DNA from: Eledone cirrhosa
Taxonomy: Eukaryota
NCBI GenBank assembly: GCA_964016885.1
Contig: OZ024744.1
Span: forward strand, 103,106,001-103,170,000
DNA length: 64,000 nt
Reading direction: 5' to 3'
Shown here: positions 40,415 through 52,728 of the stretch, in pieces
How positions within the stretch are numbered: the first letter of the stretch is position 1
Layout: each line of letters starts with the position of its first letter
Position numbers and translations under genes: made by a program
The notes under the pieces: model-generated
Seen by the model: only the letters and a program-made list of their open reading frames with translations
Told to the model about the DNA's origin: nothing
The model's database searches: none

Positions 40415-41050
40415 TGTAAATTTTTAGTATTTGGAAAAAAGAGAGGACCCTGATTCCTTCAAGGAAGAAGTGGCTCTGCTCAATATGTAGAAAAGGAGTA
40501 GGTATAAATGCCAAAGAATGTACACAATGTAAATCTGGGTACACAAGAGATCCAGGGGTAACTGAGGGGATGTGCATCAGAGATGTAAACCTTTTTCAGT
40601 GTCAAGAATGGTCCATAAAGTGGTTGATAGATTCTGTTAAGGAAAAGGGGGTGCTATAAGAACATAATGGTTAGAACAAGTATAGGATGAAAACATCTTA
40701 AAGAGATACACCCAGTGTAGACAACAAAATGTTTCTCCCTCCCGACAAAATGATGACTGTATGATGCTTGTGTATGAAATGTGATACTCCATGGTGGTGA
40801 AACATGGGTTGTGATTGCAGAGGACAGGCAAAGAGTGAAGAGTAATGAAACAACCATGCTTCATTGGATGTGCAATGTAAATGTGAGACAAAGGAAGAGC
40901 TTAGATTGTCTGAAGGAGAAACTGGGTTTATGAGGAATCCAAAGGGGTGTGCAAGAGAGAAAACTGCATTTGTACGGATATGTGATGTGCTTGGACGATG
41001 ATCGTTGGGTGAAGGAGCAAGGAAATCCCAGTGGAAGAAAGCTGCATGAA
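40415..41050 (+). mobile_element. Highly degenerate RTE LINE fragment
   Basis: Colinear with 50610-51300 (GATTCCTTCAAGGAAGAAGTGGCTCTGCTCAATATGTAGAAAAGGAGTAGG; TGGGTACACAAGAGAT; CATGGTGGTGAAACATGGG). Confidence 0.75.
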
Positions 41051-41059
41051 TCATACAGT

Positions 41060-42873
41060 CAACCTTTCAATTTGAGGGCAAAATCTTTTGTACTTAACAG
41101 TGGTAGTAGCTCCCTGCATTCTCACTCTGGCCCCTGCATTTTTGGAACACCCTCCTCCACTGCTAAATTGGACACCCAGTTGGTCTATTACTTCTACAGA
41201 GCCCTCTGGGTATTTGAAGGAGTTTGTATCCTGTGAGCTATTGATACTTACTTCACCTGTGCCTCAGCCTCATGTAAAACCAACATTCTTTGATAGCCTG
41301 CCTGACATCACACTACATCTCTTGTGTACCCATAGTTTGCATTTGAGACATAGGATGGTATTTCTACCTACTCATTTTCTGCACACTGGGAAGGGCCATT
41401 TCCACGAGGAAATATGGGCCTTGTTTTCCTTTCTACATATATTGACAAAATAACTTAAGACCTTTTGATTGTAGGCCATGCTTCCAGGTTTGGAATAACT
41501 TCTGTAAATCAGCCATAGATTCACCTATAACGGTTAGGTCTGCATACAGGAGTTCTCATGGGCAGCCAGTCTTAAACTCATCTTTTATAGACTACAGGAT
41601 GATAATAAACAAAAGATGGCTAAGAATCGAACCCTGATGGACACCAACCTGCATGCTAAATTCTTCGCTATAGTCATCGTTAATTCTGCCCTTGCTGACT
41701 GTTCTTCTGTACATTGCTTGTACTGCCCTCACAAGCCACTCATCTACTCAGTTTTCTAAGAGCCCACAAGCCAAATAGAGGGGTTTACATTTAGCTAGGT
41801 ACTTTTCTTGCAGTTGCCTTACAAGGAAAAGGGTATCTGTGGTACTTTTATTTAGCACAAATCCAAATTGCATCTCATCTAGCTTAACTTGCTTGACTTC
41901 ATATCCTTGATTGCTTTACTTACTATACTACTGTTACTTGTACTGCCAGTCCCTCTGTTGGGTTGACTTGAGGCAAACTATTTTCTTCTCATGCATTCTC
42001 CTCATTCAGTAATCTTTCATAGTGACACTTTCAAACAACCTTCTTTTCAGTGTCAGTGAGGGCAAGTACACCATTATCATCTCAGACACATTTCTCCCCA
42101 CCAACATCACAATTTTCCCTGACACACTGCCTTGCAACCCTGAACACCTCACAACGTTGGTCCTCATGCTGCAAAATGTACTTAAATTTTTTATTTTCCG
42201 CTTCCCTTCTTGCAAGATATACTTGTTGCCTAGCTTCTCTCTTAGCATTCTAGTAGACTTGTCTATTACTCCCATTTTGCCATTCCTTCCATGCCTGTTT
42301 TTGGCCTTAATTGTTTCATCTACCTTACTGTTCCACCATCTAGTCACTCTCCTTTTCCCTAGAGATCTACTTGTCACTCTCCTTTTCCCTAGAGATCTAC
42401 TCCAATTTCAGATTTCATTTGTCACCTTCAGTAGGTTATCTGTATGTTTCTATTTGCTCTACCTTACTGATGAAAGCATCAGTTAACATACTTCTAAATT
42501 TGTTACTGGTTGATGGGTCTTTTAACTTCCATATTCTTCTCCTCCAGGTTGTCTTCTGCAGCTAGCTTCTTCTAGGCCTGACTATAAGGTCGCTAACTAC
42601 TAAGTTATGTTGAGAGGTGCATTCTTCCCAAGGGAGGGGCTTTTTTTTGTTCACAACCATCACTCTGTCTTCTTTTCTGGTTAGTGTAAAATCTATCTGG
42701 CTGGTGTGCTGAATTGATCTAGAGGTGATTAAGTGGTTGTCTGGTTTTTACAGATAGGTCATTTTGTGTCACAGTATTCAAGGAGCCTGAAACCTTCTTC
42801 ATTTCTAGTACCAAACCCATAACCCCCGTGGATCCTGTTGAAGCCACCACAGTGTTGCCTGACATGCACATTA
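41060..42873 (-). mobile_element. Degenerate RTE LINE (APE endonuclease remnant through RT)
   Basis: Minus-strand remnants NVHVRQHCGGFNRIHGGYGFGTRNEEGFRLLEYCD (APE), TRWWNSKVDETIKAK, QVGVHQGSILSHLL and KTGCP.ELLYADL; many stops and frameshifts. Confidence 0.85.
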
Positions 42874-43011
42874 CTGACCTCATTGGAATTATTGCTGCTG
42901 TATTAGATGGGGGTTTTAACAGTGTTATAGGCCCTACCATGGTCAGAGAGATACCAGGGTATATACACAATATAGAGAGGGAAAGAGACAGAGGTATATA
43001 TATATATATAT

Positions 43012-43336
43012 ATATATAATAAAGCTGACGGCCGTATGTATGTAACAAACGGCTGGACCAAAAAGCTCCAAATTTGCACCATAGACGTAACTTTTTCCAA
43101 GTAAGAAAGTGAGGGCATTTTTGTTTTCTAAATTTCGTTAAAAGATTAAAGATATTTTATCGTTTATTTAAATATTCACTTCTTTAAAATTTTCAAATGT
43201 CAACACTTCCGGTTATACGACATTCCTCTCTCTTTCTTAGTCTTTGTACATCGCTATAACGTCACGCCCTTATAATATGTTTCTGGATGTCTGGCTGTCT
43301 GCATTATGAAAACCATTCTGTACATTATACTTCACT

Positions 43337-43340
<4 letters not shown>
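43012..43340 (+). mobile_element. 5' fragment of a non-autonomous Helitron (same family as 44247-45027)
   Basis: ATAAAGCTGACGGCCGTATGTATGTAACAAAC...GGCTGGACCAAA...GTTAAAAGATTAAAGA is shared with 44255-44400; 43215-43305 is shared with 50066-50170. Confidence 0.7.
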
Positions 43341-43384
<44 letters not shown>

Positions 43385-43388
43385 TGTA

Positions 43389-44223
43389 CTAGCAGAATGG
43401 CCCGGCGTTGCTCGGGATTCTAAACATAGATTGGCATGTTTATCCCTCCTTTCTGAAACAGTACAGAGAAGTACGGAATACCTCGGCCTGGAGATGGTGT
43501 CCACATTTTGTGCTTATAAAAAAAATTCGTCGTAGATTACCAGGGGTTTAACTTAATTGGGCGCCTGAGAGTAAAATGTTCAACCCACGAAAGCCAAGAC
43601 GATAGGGTTAAGTAAAAAAGCATTCGACAAACCGAACATGTATTTGTTGTGCTATGGTACAATGAAAGCAATAGTTACAGAGCAGTAAGCATGTGGGATT
43701 GCAGTGGTGGAGAGCATGAAGGAATTTAGTTGGATACTTTTAAGGTTAAGGCCCTAACGCAACCAAAATGCAAAATAATGCGGTCCCCGGACAAAGATAA
43801 TTTGTGAAACATAAGTAATGCATATGCAAAGTTTAAAAAAAAATCGGTTGGGTACTTCTCGAGTTACAGGCCCTAACGCAATCAAAATGCTTCAAAAAAT
43901 CGGTTTTTCGCCTAATGCGGTCCCTGGGGCAAAAAATGAGAAAATCTTTTTTGCTCAAAACACTTTAAACGACATAAGTAATGCAAATTTTGAAGAAATC
44001 GCCTGGATTATTGTTCCGTTATACCTCAAAAAATCCTTTAAAGCCTAAAATATGCGGTTTTTCGCCTAATGCTGTCCCTAGGAAATATTTAAAATATTTT
44101 TTTGCTCAAAACACTCACAGGACCATAAGTATTACATGTGTAAAGTTTGAAAAAAATCGGTTGGGTAGTTCTCCAGTTTTAGGGAGACAGACAGACAGAC
44201 ATTCTCTGTTTTAGATATATAGA
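43389..44223 (-). mobile_element. Non-autonomous Helitron
   Basis: Minus strand: 5' A|TCTATATATCTAAAACAGAGAATGTCTGTCTG; 3' hairpin CCCGAGCAACGCCGGG (43401-43416), then CTAG|T (43389-43392). Internal diverged repeats at 43745-44180. Confidence 0.85.
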
Positions 44224-44246
44224 TATACATATAGATAGTGTTAGTA

Positions 44247-45027
44247 TCTATACTATAAAGCTGACGGCCGTATGTATGTAACAAACTTTTCGCCAAACGG
44301 CTGGACCAAACACCACCAAATTTGCACCATAGATGTAACTGTTTCCAAGTAAAAAAGTGAGGGTATTTTTGTCTACTGAATTTTGTTAAAAGATTAAAGA
44401 AAGCAACGATTCTTTGCTTAAATTTAATCTGTTATTTTAATATATATATTCGTGTACAGATATTTTTGCATACACAAAAACAAAATATAAACAAACCTAT
44501 TTATTTCACAAAAGCACAGACAGTTTATCATCATTGTTACTGCCGATATGCTTCCCTAAAAGACCCAGCCTGGCCGCAAGATCAGATTTTCCAGAAGAAA
44601 AAATGTTACTAGAGCAAGAGAGTCTGAAGATGATCATGAACATCGCCTTCAGCAGATGAGGGCTCAAGCGAGAGCCATTCGATCAGCCCAGTCTCAAGAG
44701 CAGCACCAGTCTTGCCTTCAGCAACTGAGGTCCTGTGCAGAAGGCAGGAGAGCAACACAGACAGAACAAGCCAGATTGGAGCAGGTGAGTTCACAAGCTG
44801 ATTGCATCCACATTGCATTACAGCATCAGTGTGCCATACAGGTCCTTGCAAAACTGAGTCCGATTTTTAACTATTCAAACCCAACATCAGAGCACGTTAA
44901 CCCCCCACCACCCTCCCCGCTGACTTGAGAGGGAGTGCGGTATCTTTGCACTGGAGTGGAGGGGGGATTCCTGAAAAGATAAAATGCCAGTATACCTAGC
45001 CGGACGCCAGCCGGACGAGTCAACTAG
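44247..45027 (+). mobile_element. Non-autonomous Helitron carrying a probable RepHel N-terminal coding remnant
   Basis: 5' A|TCTATACTATAAAGC; 3' GC-rich CCGGACGCCAGCCGG, then CTAG|T (45024-45027). From 44548 it reads MLP*KTQPGRKIRFSRRKNVTRARESEDDHEHRLQQMRAQARAIRSAQSQEQHQSCLQQLR, a charged R..ES.E...RL repeat like many animal Helitron N-termini, followed by CAG|GTGAGT at 44785. Confidence 0.7.
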
Positions 45028-45535
45028 TCATAAATAAGAGACAGTTTAATTTGTACATTTTATTCCTTTATAAGTATATATACATTTTTATTCCTTTATC
45101 TCTCTATATATAAAACGGTAGATGTCTGTCTGTGTGTGTTATGATTTTTATGCATTTCCACATTTCTCTACCGATTTTGATGATTTTTTTCCAATGTGCT
45201 CCAAATTTACCAGGGCAGGTCAACGTGTAATTATTTTGGCCAAACATTTTCTGCTTCTATGAAAAAAAATCGATAAAACTAAATACATGCTGTAACCCTC
45301 TCTCTTACACGCTTCATTCCTCTCACTACTACCATAAAAAATATATGAAACTACATACATGTTGCAACTCTCTTTAAAAGGTTCATCCTTTCCTCTACTC
45401 CACTCTCAATCTCCTCTGCAACTCTTTTAAAAAGGTTCATCACTCTCTCTACTCCCCCCCAATCTCCTCTGCAACTCTCTTAAGGTTACTGTCTCCGTCT
45501 ACTACCCTATCACCATTACAATTTAGAACAACGAC

Positions 45536-45720
45536 GGGGAATTGGCAGTATCGGTAGAGAGTCGGACGCCATGCTTTCTAGCATAGTTACGTCCCTTTAC
45601 GGTCTGAGTTCAAATCCCGCCAAGGTTAACTTTGCCTTTCATCCTTACGGGGTCGATAAAATAAAGTACCAGTAATGTACTGGGTAATTGCTGGCCTTGT
45701 GCCTAAAGTAGAAACAATTG
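45536..45720 (+). mobile_element. tRNA-derived SINE (Meta-domain-like centre) inserted in the Helitron
   Basis: A-box-like TGGCAGTATCGG, B-box-like GAGTTCAAATCCC, centre TTTGCCTTTCATCCTTACGGGGTCGATAAAATAAAGTACCAG. 17-bp TSD CAATTTAGAACAACGAC at 45519-45535 and 45721-45737. The Meta-domain assignment is from memory and uncertain. Confidence 0.85.
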
Positions 45721-46714
45721 CAATTTAGAACAACGACAAAACTTCTTTTGAAGGAACGCGACACAAACTTTGAAACCTAAGCAACACATCGATTTATACA
45801 ACAACCATAGCTTTACTCTCCCCGTCGCTCTTCCCTCTCTCTACAATAGATTATTCCCCCTCTCTATAATTTAACTGCTTTACTCTCTTCATGCTTCGAG
45901 GTTTAACACTAGCTTCACTCTATCCGTCGCTCTTCTCTCTATATATAATAGATCATTCCCCCTATTCGCTCGGGAACACGAAAAAAACCTTGATAACTAA
46001 GCAACACATCATTTTATACAACAACAAACATAGTCATAACGACACTCATTCATCAAAAATCAAAATTTAAAAAGCCGATAACACTAAATACATACTCCTC
46101 TCTCAACGTTACATTTTACACACTTACATTTTACATCAAATATTCAAAAGCAACAGATGAATTTATAAAACAACAAACGTAACAATAACAACGTTTAAGC
46201 ATTTATTTACATGATTCTCAACAAAGACATTATATTTTATTGTTGTCCTTTTCGTAATTTTCTTTTTGTTTTTCTCAATATGAGACAAAAAATTAATGTG
46301 AAAAGTCGGGACAATTATTGCTTTTGGTCAGGAGAAGGTCATGAAGCAAAAAAATTTCAAATCAATCAGCAATAAGGGCAAAAATCGATCATAATCATTC
46401 CCCCACTCTATAATTTAACTGCTTTACTCTCTCTGTCGCTCTTCACTCCATAAATGACAACATTGCAGAGAGAGAAACAATGTATATGATCAAATGGAGC
46501 GTTCCGTATATTTCCCCTCTCTATAATTTAACTGCTTTACCCTCTCTGTCGCTCTTCACTCCCTATATGACAACACTGCAGTGGAGCGTTCCGTATTGAC
46601 ATACGGCTTATCTGGGGCATTTTCAATCGGCTTATTGCAAATAACCCGCAAAATAACACTTCATATAACAGATTAATGCTATAGACATATGAATCGGAAT
46701 GTAACCCGATGAAC

Positions 46715-49617
46715 TTTTTCCTGGGCAAAATTATTCGAACAGACATGACCTCATTGCCAGAGTGTTCAGACTGAAACTGGCTAAACTCATGGCTTTAATC
46801 AAAAAGGTCAGGTATTTGGGGCTGTAAAATGTGACATGTTCACCGTCGAATGGCAAAAACGAGGGCTGCCACATGCTCACATTTTGATTTGGTTAGCTGA
46901 TAAAATCAATTCAAATGCCATAGACAGCTTCATTTCAGCTGAAATCCTTAACCCAGCAACTGACCAGGAATTACATGACATCGTCAAAGCTAACATGGTC
47001 CGTGTGCATCGGGTCTTAATGAGCATCACACGTGTCTGAAAGGGGGGGGGCGTGCAGTAAGGGATACCCCAACAAATTTGTTGACCAGACTCAGACTGGT
47101 GGCGACGGGTACCCCCTGTACAGGCGGAGACGGCCCGAGAACGGTGGCTTCACCACAACAGTAAGGGGAGGTCAAGTCGACAATAGATGGGTGGTCCCTT
47201 ACTGCCCGCTTCTCTTGAAGATGTTCAACCCCCACATAAACGTTGAGTTTTGCAACTTCGTCAAGTCGATAAAATACATATGCAAATATATAAATAAGGG
47301 CTCTGATACCGCAATGTTTGCATTTCAAGCTGAAAATAGCAGCGTCGAGGTCACAGAATACCTGGCGGGGCGGTACATCAGTAGCAATGAAGCTTTTTGG
47401 CGCCTATTTGGTTGACCCCTACACCAACGTCACCGCGCCATCGTACAGCTTGCGGTACATTTGGAAAATGGGCAAAGGGTTTACTTTACGGACCAAAGCG
47501 CCGCCAAGTTGGCCGCCGATCCGAAAGAGACCACTCTGACGGGTTTCTTCAAACTTTGTCAGTTCGATACATTTGCGCAAACAATTGTGTACCCCCAGGT
47601 TCCATCCGACTTTATATGGTCGAAAAACACTTGGGTGCGAAGAAAGTCAGGCCAGGCTGCTGAAAGACATCCTGGTGTAAAATTTGACAGCTGTCTTGGA
47701 AGGGTTTACACTGTGCCCCCAAGTCAGCATGAGTCCTTTCATCTCCGCCTTCTTCTGCATGAAGTTGTAGGCCCACAAAGTTTTCAGGACCTCAAAACTG
47801 TTGATGGAGAAATATGTGATACGTACCGGGAAGCCTGCTTTAAGCGTGGTCTTTTGGAAGATGATTCGCAATGGGATTCCACTTTAGCAGAGGGTGCTTT
47901 GTTGAAATTACCTAAAGGTCTACGAGAACTCTTTGCCATTTTGCTTCAAAAGAGTGAATTGGGTGATCCCAAATCTTTATGGGTCAAGTACAGAGACTTC
48001 ATGTCTGAGGACTTCCTGCGCCTGGCTAATCTGCAGTATACTTCAGTGGAAGTTGGTTACAGCGACATTATCTACAACAGGGCACTCATTGATATCGAGG
48101 ACGCCCTCCTCGACATGGGTGGGAGTGAGTTAGCGACGTATGGCTTGCCGTCAACCGTCAGAGCGGAAGCTAACACGTTGGCCCCGGATTTGTTGCGGCA
48201 ACAGCATATGACATTGAATCTCTTTCCCAATACTTAGAGGAAAATGAGCCCAAACTTCTGTCGGACCAAAGGTTGGCCTATTTAACTATCATTGACGCGG
48301 TTCAAAATCAGACTGGGGGTATTTACTTTCTCGATGCTCCTGGGGGTACCGGAAAAACTTATGTAACGAAATTGATTCTCGCTAAGATTCGTCAGGAAAA
48401 AAATTGCGTTGGCCGTTGCATCGTTCGGGATCGCTGCTACTTTGCTGCCAGGAGGCAGGACAGCACATTCAACCTTTAAACTCCCCTTGGATTTAGTAAA
48501 AACTGAGACACCAACATGCAATATCAGCAAGAGTTCACACGAAGCTCTGGTTCTCAAAAAATGTTGCCTCATTGTTTGGGATGAGTGCACAATGGCACAC
48601 AAGGGTGGCCTTGAGGCATTGGACAGGACCCTGACATGCATTAGGGATTCTACGGCTCCTATGGGTGGTGTAACCCTTCTGCTATCAGAGGATTTTCGGC
48701 AAACGCTGCCTGTCATCTCCAAAGGGACAAGAGCTGATGAAGTGCGTGCCTGCCTTAAGTCGTCCATGTTGTGGCTCCAGGTGAAGAGTTTGTACCTGAG
48801 CACAAATATGCGTGCTCATTTACATGGTGACAACATGTCTGCAGCATTTGCTCAGAATATTTTAGCACTTGGTGAGGGCAAGGTCCCTGCAGATGACAAG
48901 GACAGCATAGCAATCGACTCCCTGTGCAACATTGTCAGCAGCCCTTCTGACCTTTGGGAAGCAGTTTTCCCTAATGTCTCATCTAACTTTAAAAACCTCG
49001 ATTGGCTCAGCGAAAGAGCCATCCTTGCTCCGAAAAATACCATGTTTAATTTTATTAACCAGCAGCTGATTGAGAAGATTCCTGGTAAAGAACACATCTT
49101 CAAATCTATCGACCGGACGTCAGACCCCGACGATATCCTTAATTATCCAGTTGAGTTATTAAATTCCCTTGAGCCCCCAGGGCTCCCACCTCACATTCTT
49201 AAGCTTAGGGTTGGCTGTCCCATTATGCTAATAAGGAACTTGCATCCACCAAAGCGGTGCAACGGTACTCGTATGGTCGTCAAGTAAATGACGCCCCACT
49301 TGATTGAGGCCACCATTGTAACGGGGTGCGGGAGAGGGGAGAATGTTTTAATTCCAAGGATGAACCTTTTCCCCTTGGCGTCAGATATCCCATTCGATTT
49401 CTGGCGATCCCAATTCCCGGTGAGACCATGTTTTGCCATGTCCATTAACAAGTCACAAGGGAAAACATTGTTGGTGGCGGGCATCCATTTGGGGGAGCCA
49501 TGCTTCTCCCATGGCCAACTTTATGTTGCCTGTTCCCACGTAGGGAGCAGGAATGGACTTTTTGCTTACACTCCTCAAGGGATGACATGCAATATCATCT
49601 ACAAAGAGGTGCTATAG
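46715..49617 (+). pseudogene. Helitron RepHel (HUH Rep endonuclease + PIF1-family helicase), frameshifted, N-terminus missing
   Basis: Rep motifs VEWQKRGLPHAHILIWL and YICKYINKG; helicase motifs FLDAPGGTGKT, IVWDECTM, DFRQTLP, QFPVRPCFAMSINKSQG, FSHGQLYVACS; ends NIIYKEVL*. Split across at least six ORFs by frameshifts and a stop at 49285-49287. Confidence 0.95.
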
Positions 49618-49987
49618 ATGTTGGTGCAGGTGTTGGAGGTGTTGGAGCTATGCCGTCTGGAAAACTGGTAGGGTCACCCATAGTGGACAGATCTGACACC
49701 CAGCGGCATCAGGGCCACCATCTTGCAACTTTGGTCTACTAAATTTGCTATTGGAAGATTATTAACCCATCATTGATTGTCCAAAATGCTAATTGGTTCG
49801 TAACTTTTAATAACCGGTTCAACTGCTTTATGCACTTCATTGATAAGCTTATGCGCTTTCAAGCTACGTTTACCTCTATGTAACTTTTCATAGCAATTGA
49901 ACAAACCCGAGCAACGCCGGGCTAAACTGCTAGTACGTACATATACATACATAAACATGTTATTTAGGGTTGTATAAAAAAGAAGTA

Positions 49988-50050
49988 TAATTGTTTCTAC
50001 TTTTGGCACAAGGCCAGCAATTATCCCAGTACATTACTGGTACTTTATTA
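49988..50050 (-). mobile_element. 3' fragment of the SINE family at 45536
   Basis: AATTGTTTCTACTTTTGGCACAAGGCCAGCAATTATCCCAGTACATTACTGGTACTTTATT is the near-exact reverse complement of 45660-45720. Confidence 0.75.
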
Positions 50051-50255
50051 TATATAATATATATAATACGACATTCCTCGCTCTTTCTTAGTCTGTCATT
50101 TTAGATAGATACATAGCTATAACGTCGCGCCCTTATAATATCTGTCTGTATGTCTGCCTGTTTGCATTGACTTCGCTTCTAACTAACTTTTAATTAATTA
50201 TCAAACCCATGCAAGCGTTAAACGATGATGATGATGATGATATATATATATATAA

Positions 50256-51746
50256 TAGGAGTAGATGAATGGCTTAGGAGTAGATGAATGGCTTGTGAAA
50301 GCGGTACAAGCCATGTATAGGGGAGCAGTCAGCAAAGTTAGGATTGGCAATGAGTATAGCGAGGAATTTAGCGTACAGGTTGGGGTCCACCAGGGCTCTG
50401 TTCTTAGCCCTCTCCTGTTCATCATAGTCCTGCAGGCAATAACGGAGGAGTTTAAGACCGGATGCCCATGGGAACTCCTGTATGCTGATGACCTCGCACT
50501 CATAGCTGAATCTATGGTAGAACTAGAGAATAAATTCCAAACCTGGAAGCAGGGACTAGAGAGAAAGGGCCTCAAAGTCAACATGACAAAGACTAAGGTC
50601 CTTATAAGTAGACGAGAAAACAGAACCCAGATCCCCTCAGGGAAATGGCCTTGCTCAGTATGTAGGAAAGGTGTAGGTAGGAACTCCATTCTTTGCCCCA
50701 AATGCAAACAATGGGTACACAAGAGATGTAGCGGGATCTCAGGAAGCTTAATTAAGAATGTAGGATTCACATGCAGCAGCTGTGCTGAAACAGCAAGCAA
50801 ACAGCCACAGGAAACAAGTACCACCAATCTCTGGGAGGGCCCTGTAGAAACAGTAGACAGCTTCTGCTACCTAGGTGACCGAATTAGCAACGGAGGTGGG
50901 TGCTCAGAAAGTACAATAACTAGGGTAAGAACGGGATGGAAGAAGTTTAGGGAACTACTACCACTGCTAGCTGCAAAAGGCTTCTCCCTCAGAATGAAAG
51001 GCAGACTGTATGATGCGTGTATCCGAACAGCGATGTTGCATGGTAGTGAGACCTGGGCGCTGAAGGTGGAAGACTTACGTAGATTAGAGAGAAACGAAGC
51101 CTGCATGCTCCGATGGATGTGTAACAGTAATATACGTGAACGACAAAGCATAAATGAATTGAGAGAGAGACTGAGCATAAGAGGAATCAAATGCTGCGTG
51201 CAGGAGAGGCGGTTACGCTGGTATGGACATGTGATGCGTATGAAGGATGACAGCTGCATAAAAAGGTGCAGAGCACTAGAAGTTGATGGAAACCGCGGAG
51301 TGGGGAGACCCAAGATGACTTGGGATGAGGTGATAAAAGCCGACCTTACCCAACTACACCTCTCAAAGTCAATGACACACGACCGTGACTTCTGGCGTCA
51401 CGCAGTAATACAGGGTACCCGACCTCCCATGGGTACATGCTGAAGCATATAAACAATATGCCCCCCCCCCCCACCGCAAGGTGGTCGTGGAGGTGCCACG
51501 GCAAAAAAGCACCCAGCCCACACTGTAAAGTGGACGTGTAGGCGCCACGAAAAAGCACCCAGCACTCACTGTAAATGAGGTTGGTGTTAGGAAGGGCATC
51601 CAGCTGTAGAAATCAAGCCAGATCAGTTCCTGTATGAGCAAGGCATGGTCAGCCGACCAGACACTGCCCACAACAGGACAACCCGTCTAACCCATGCTAG
51701 CGTGGAAGAACGGACGTAAAACGGTGATGATGATGATGATGATGAT
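50256..51746 (+). mobile_element. Young 5'-truncated RTE-clade LINE
   Basis: Uninterrupted 392-codon frame, 3' UTR with internal ~49-bp repeats, (GAT)n tail at 51725-51746, and a 19-bp tandem duplication at the 5' junction. Confidence 0.93.
50265..51443 (+). CDS. Partial RTE reverse transcriptase (C-terminal half) of a truncated retrotransposon; probably not translated in place
   Basis: Motifs VGVHQGSVLSPLLF, LLYADDLAL, GLKVNMTKTK, a Cys-rich insert CSVC...CPKCKQWVHKRC, FCYLGD, MLHGSETW, RRLRWYGHVMRM and GRPKMTW. Confidence 0.85.
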   Translation: MNGLGVDEWLVKAVQAMYRGAVSKVRIGNEYSEEFSVQVGVHQGSVLSPLLFIIVLQAITEEFKTGCPWELLYADDLALIAESMVELENKFQTWKQGLERKGLKVNMTKTKVLISRRENRTQIPSGKWPCSVCRKGVGRNSILCPKCKQWVHKRCSGISGSLIKNVGFTCSSCAETASKQPQETSTTNLWEGPVETVDSFCYLGDRISNGGGCSESTITRVRTGWKKFRELLPLLAAKGFSLRMKGRLYDACIRTAMLHGSETWALKVEDLRRLERNEACMLRWMCNSNIRERQSINELRERLSIRGIKCCVQERRLRWYGHVMRMKDDSCIKRCRALEVDGNRGVGRPKMTWDEVIKADLTQLHLSKSMTHDRDFWRHAVIQGTRPPMGTC

Positions 51747-51764
51747 AATTATATATTCGTGTAC

Positions 51765-52358
51765 ATATTTTCAACAGTAATACTGTACTATATATTTTCA
51801 ACATTAATACTCTACTATATATTTTCAACAGTAATACTATACTATACTATATATTTTCAACAGTAATACTGTACTATATATTTTCAACAGTAATACTCTA
51901 CTATACTATATATTTTCAACAGTAATACTATACTATATATTTTCAACAGTAATACTGTACTATATATTTTCAACAGTAATACTGTACTATATATTTTCAA
52001 CAGTATTACTATACTATACTATATATTTTCAACAGTAATACTGTACTATATATTTTCAACATTAATACTCTACTATATATTTTCAACAGTATTACTATAC
52101 TATACTATATATTTTCAACAGTAATACTGTACTATATATTTTCAACATTAATACTCTACTATATATTTTCAACAGTATTACTATACTATACTATATATTT
52201 TCAACAGTAATACTGTACTATATATTTTCAACATTAATACTCTACTATATATTTTCAACATTAATACTCTACTATACTATATATTTTCAACAGTAATACT
52301 ATACTATATATTTTCAACATTAATACTCTACTATATATTTTCAACAGTATTACTATAC
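51765..52358. repeat. 27/32-bp AT-rich minisatellite, about 20 copies
   Basis: Unit TATATTTTCAACAGTAATACTGTACTA, with variants carrying an extra TACTA. Confidence 0.95.
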
Positions 52359-52408
52359 AACACAGACAGCTTATCGTCTGTTTATCCAAGCTTAGCTAGG
52401 TACGTCAG

Positions 52409-52409
<1 letters not shown>

Positions 52410-52485
<76 letters not shown>
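52410..52485. repeat. (TA)n microsatellite
   Basis: Pure TA run; similar runs at about 40160-40192, 43354-43381 and 53529-53573. Confidence 0.95.
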
Positions 52486-52486
<1 letters not shown>

Positions 52487-52728
52487 ATGCCGTAGAACAC
52501 GCCAATGGTAGCCGGGGGCCAGCTAGTACATATATACATGCTGATACAACAGAACAATACAATATGTTAAACATGATATAAAAATTACAAAGCCTTTATA
52601 AATTATAACTTACATATTGGTATTGGTGGAAGAAGAATAAGGTATTGCACAAAGGTCGTATCTGAAAATAATATCAAATAAAATAATAACAATCCTACAT
52701 TGATATGTTTGTATTTGTATATATATAT

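Larger units (their letters stand above)
45099..49933 (+). mobile_element. Helitron, decayed and internally deleted autonomous-type copy
   Basis: 5' A|TCTCTCTATATATAAAACGG; 3' hairpin CCCGAGCAACGCCGGG (49906-49921), then CTAG|T (49930-49933). Inserted between A and T without TSD; contains the RepHel pseudogene. Confidence 0.92.

Noticed and set aside
48282-51313. Antisense ORFs over the Helitron and RTE coding regions (173, 208 and 148 aa)
   Set aside because: Shadow frames of TE coding sequence with no recognisable motifs.
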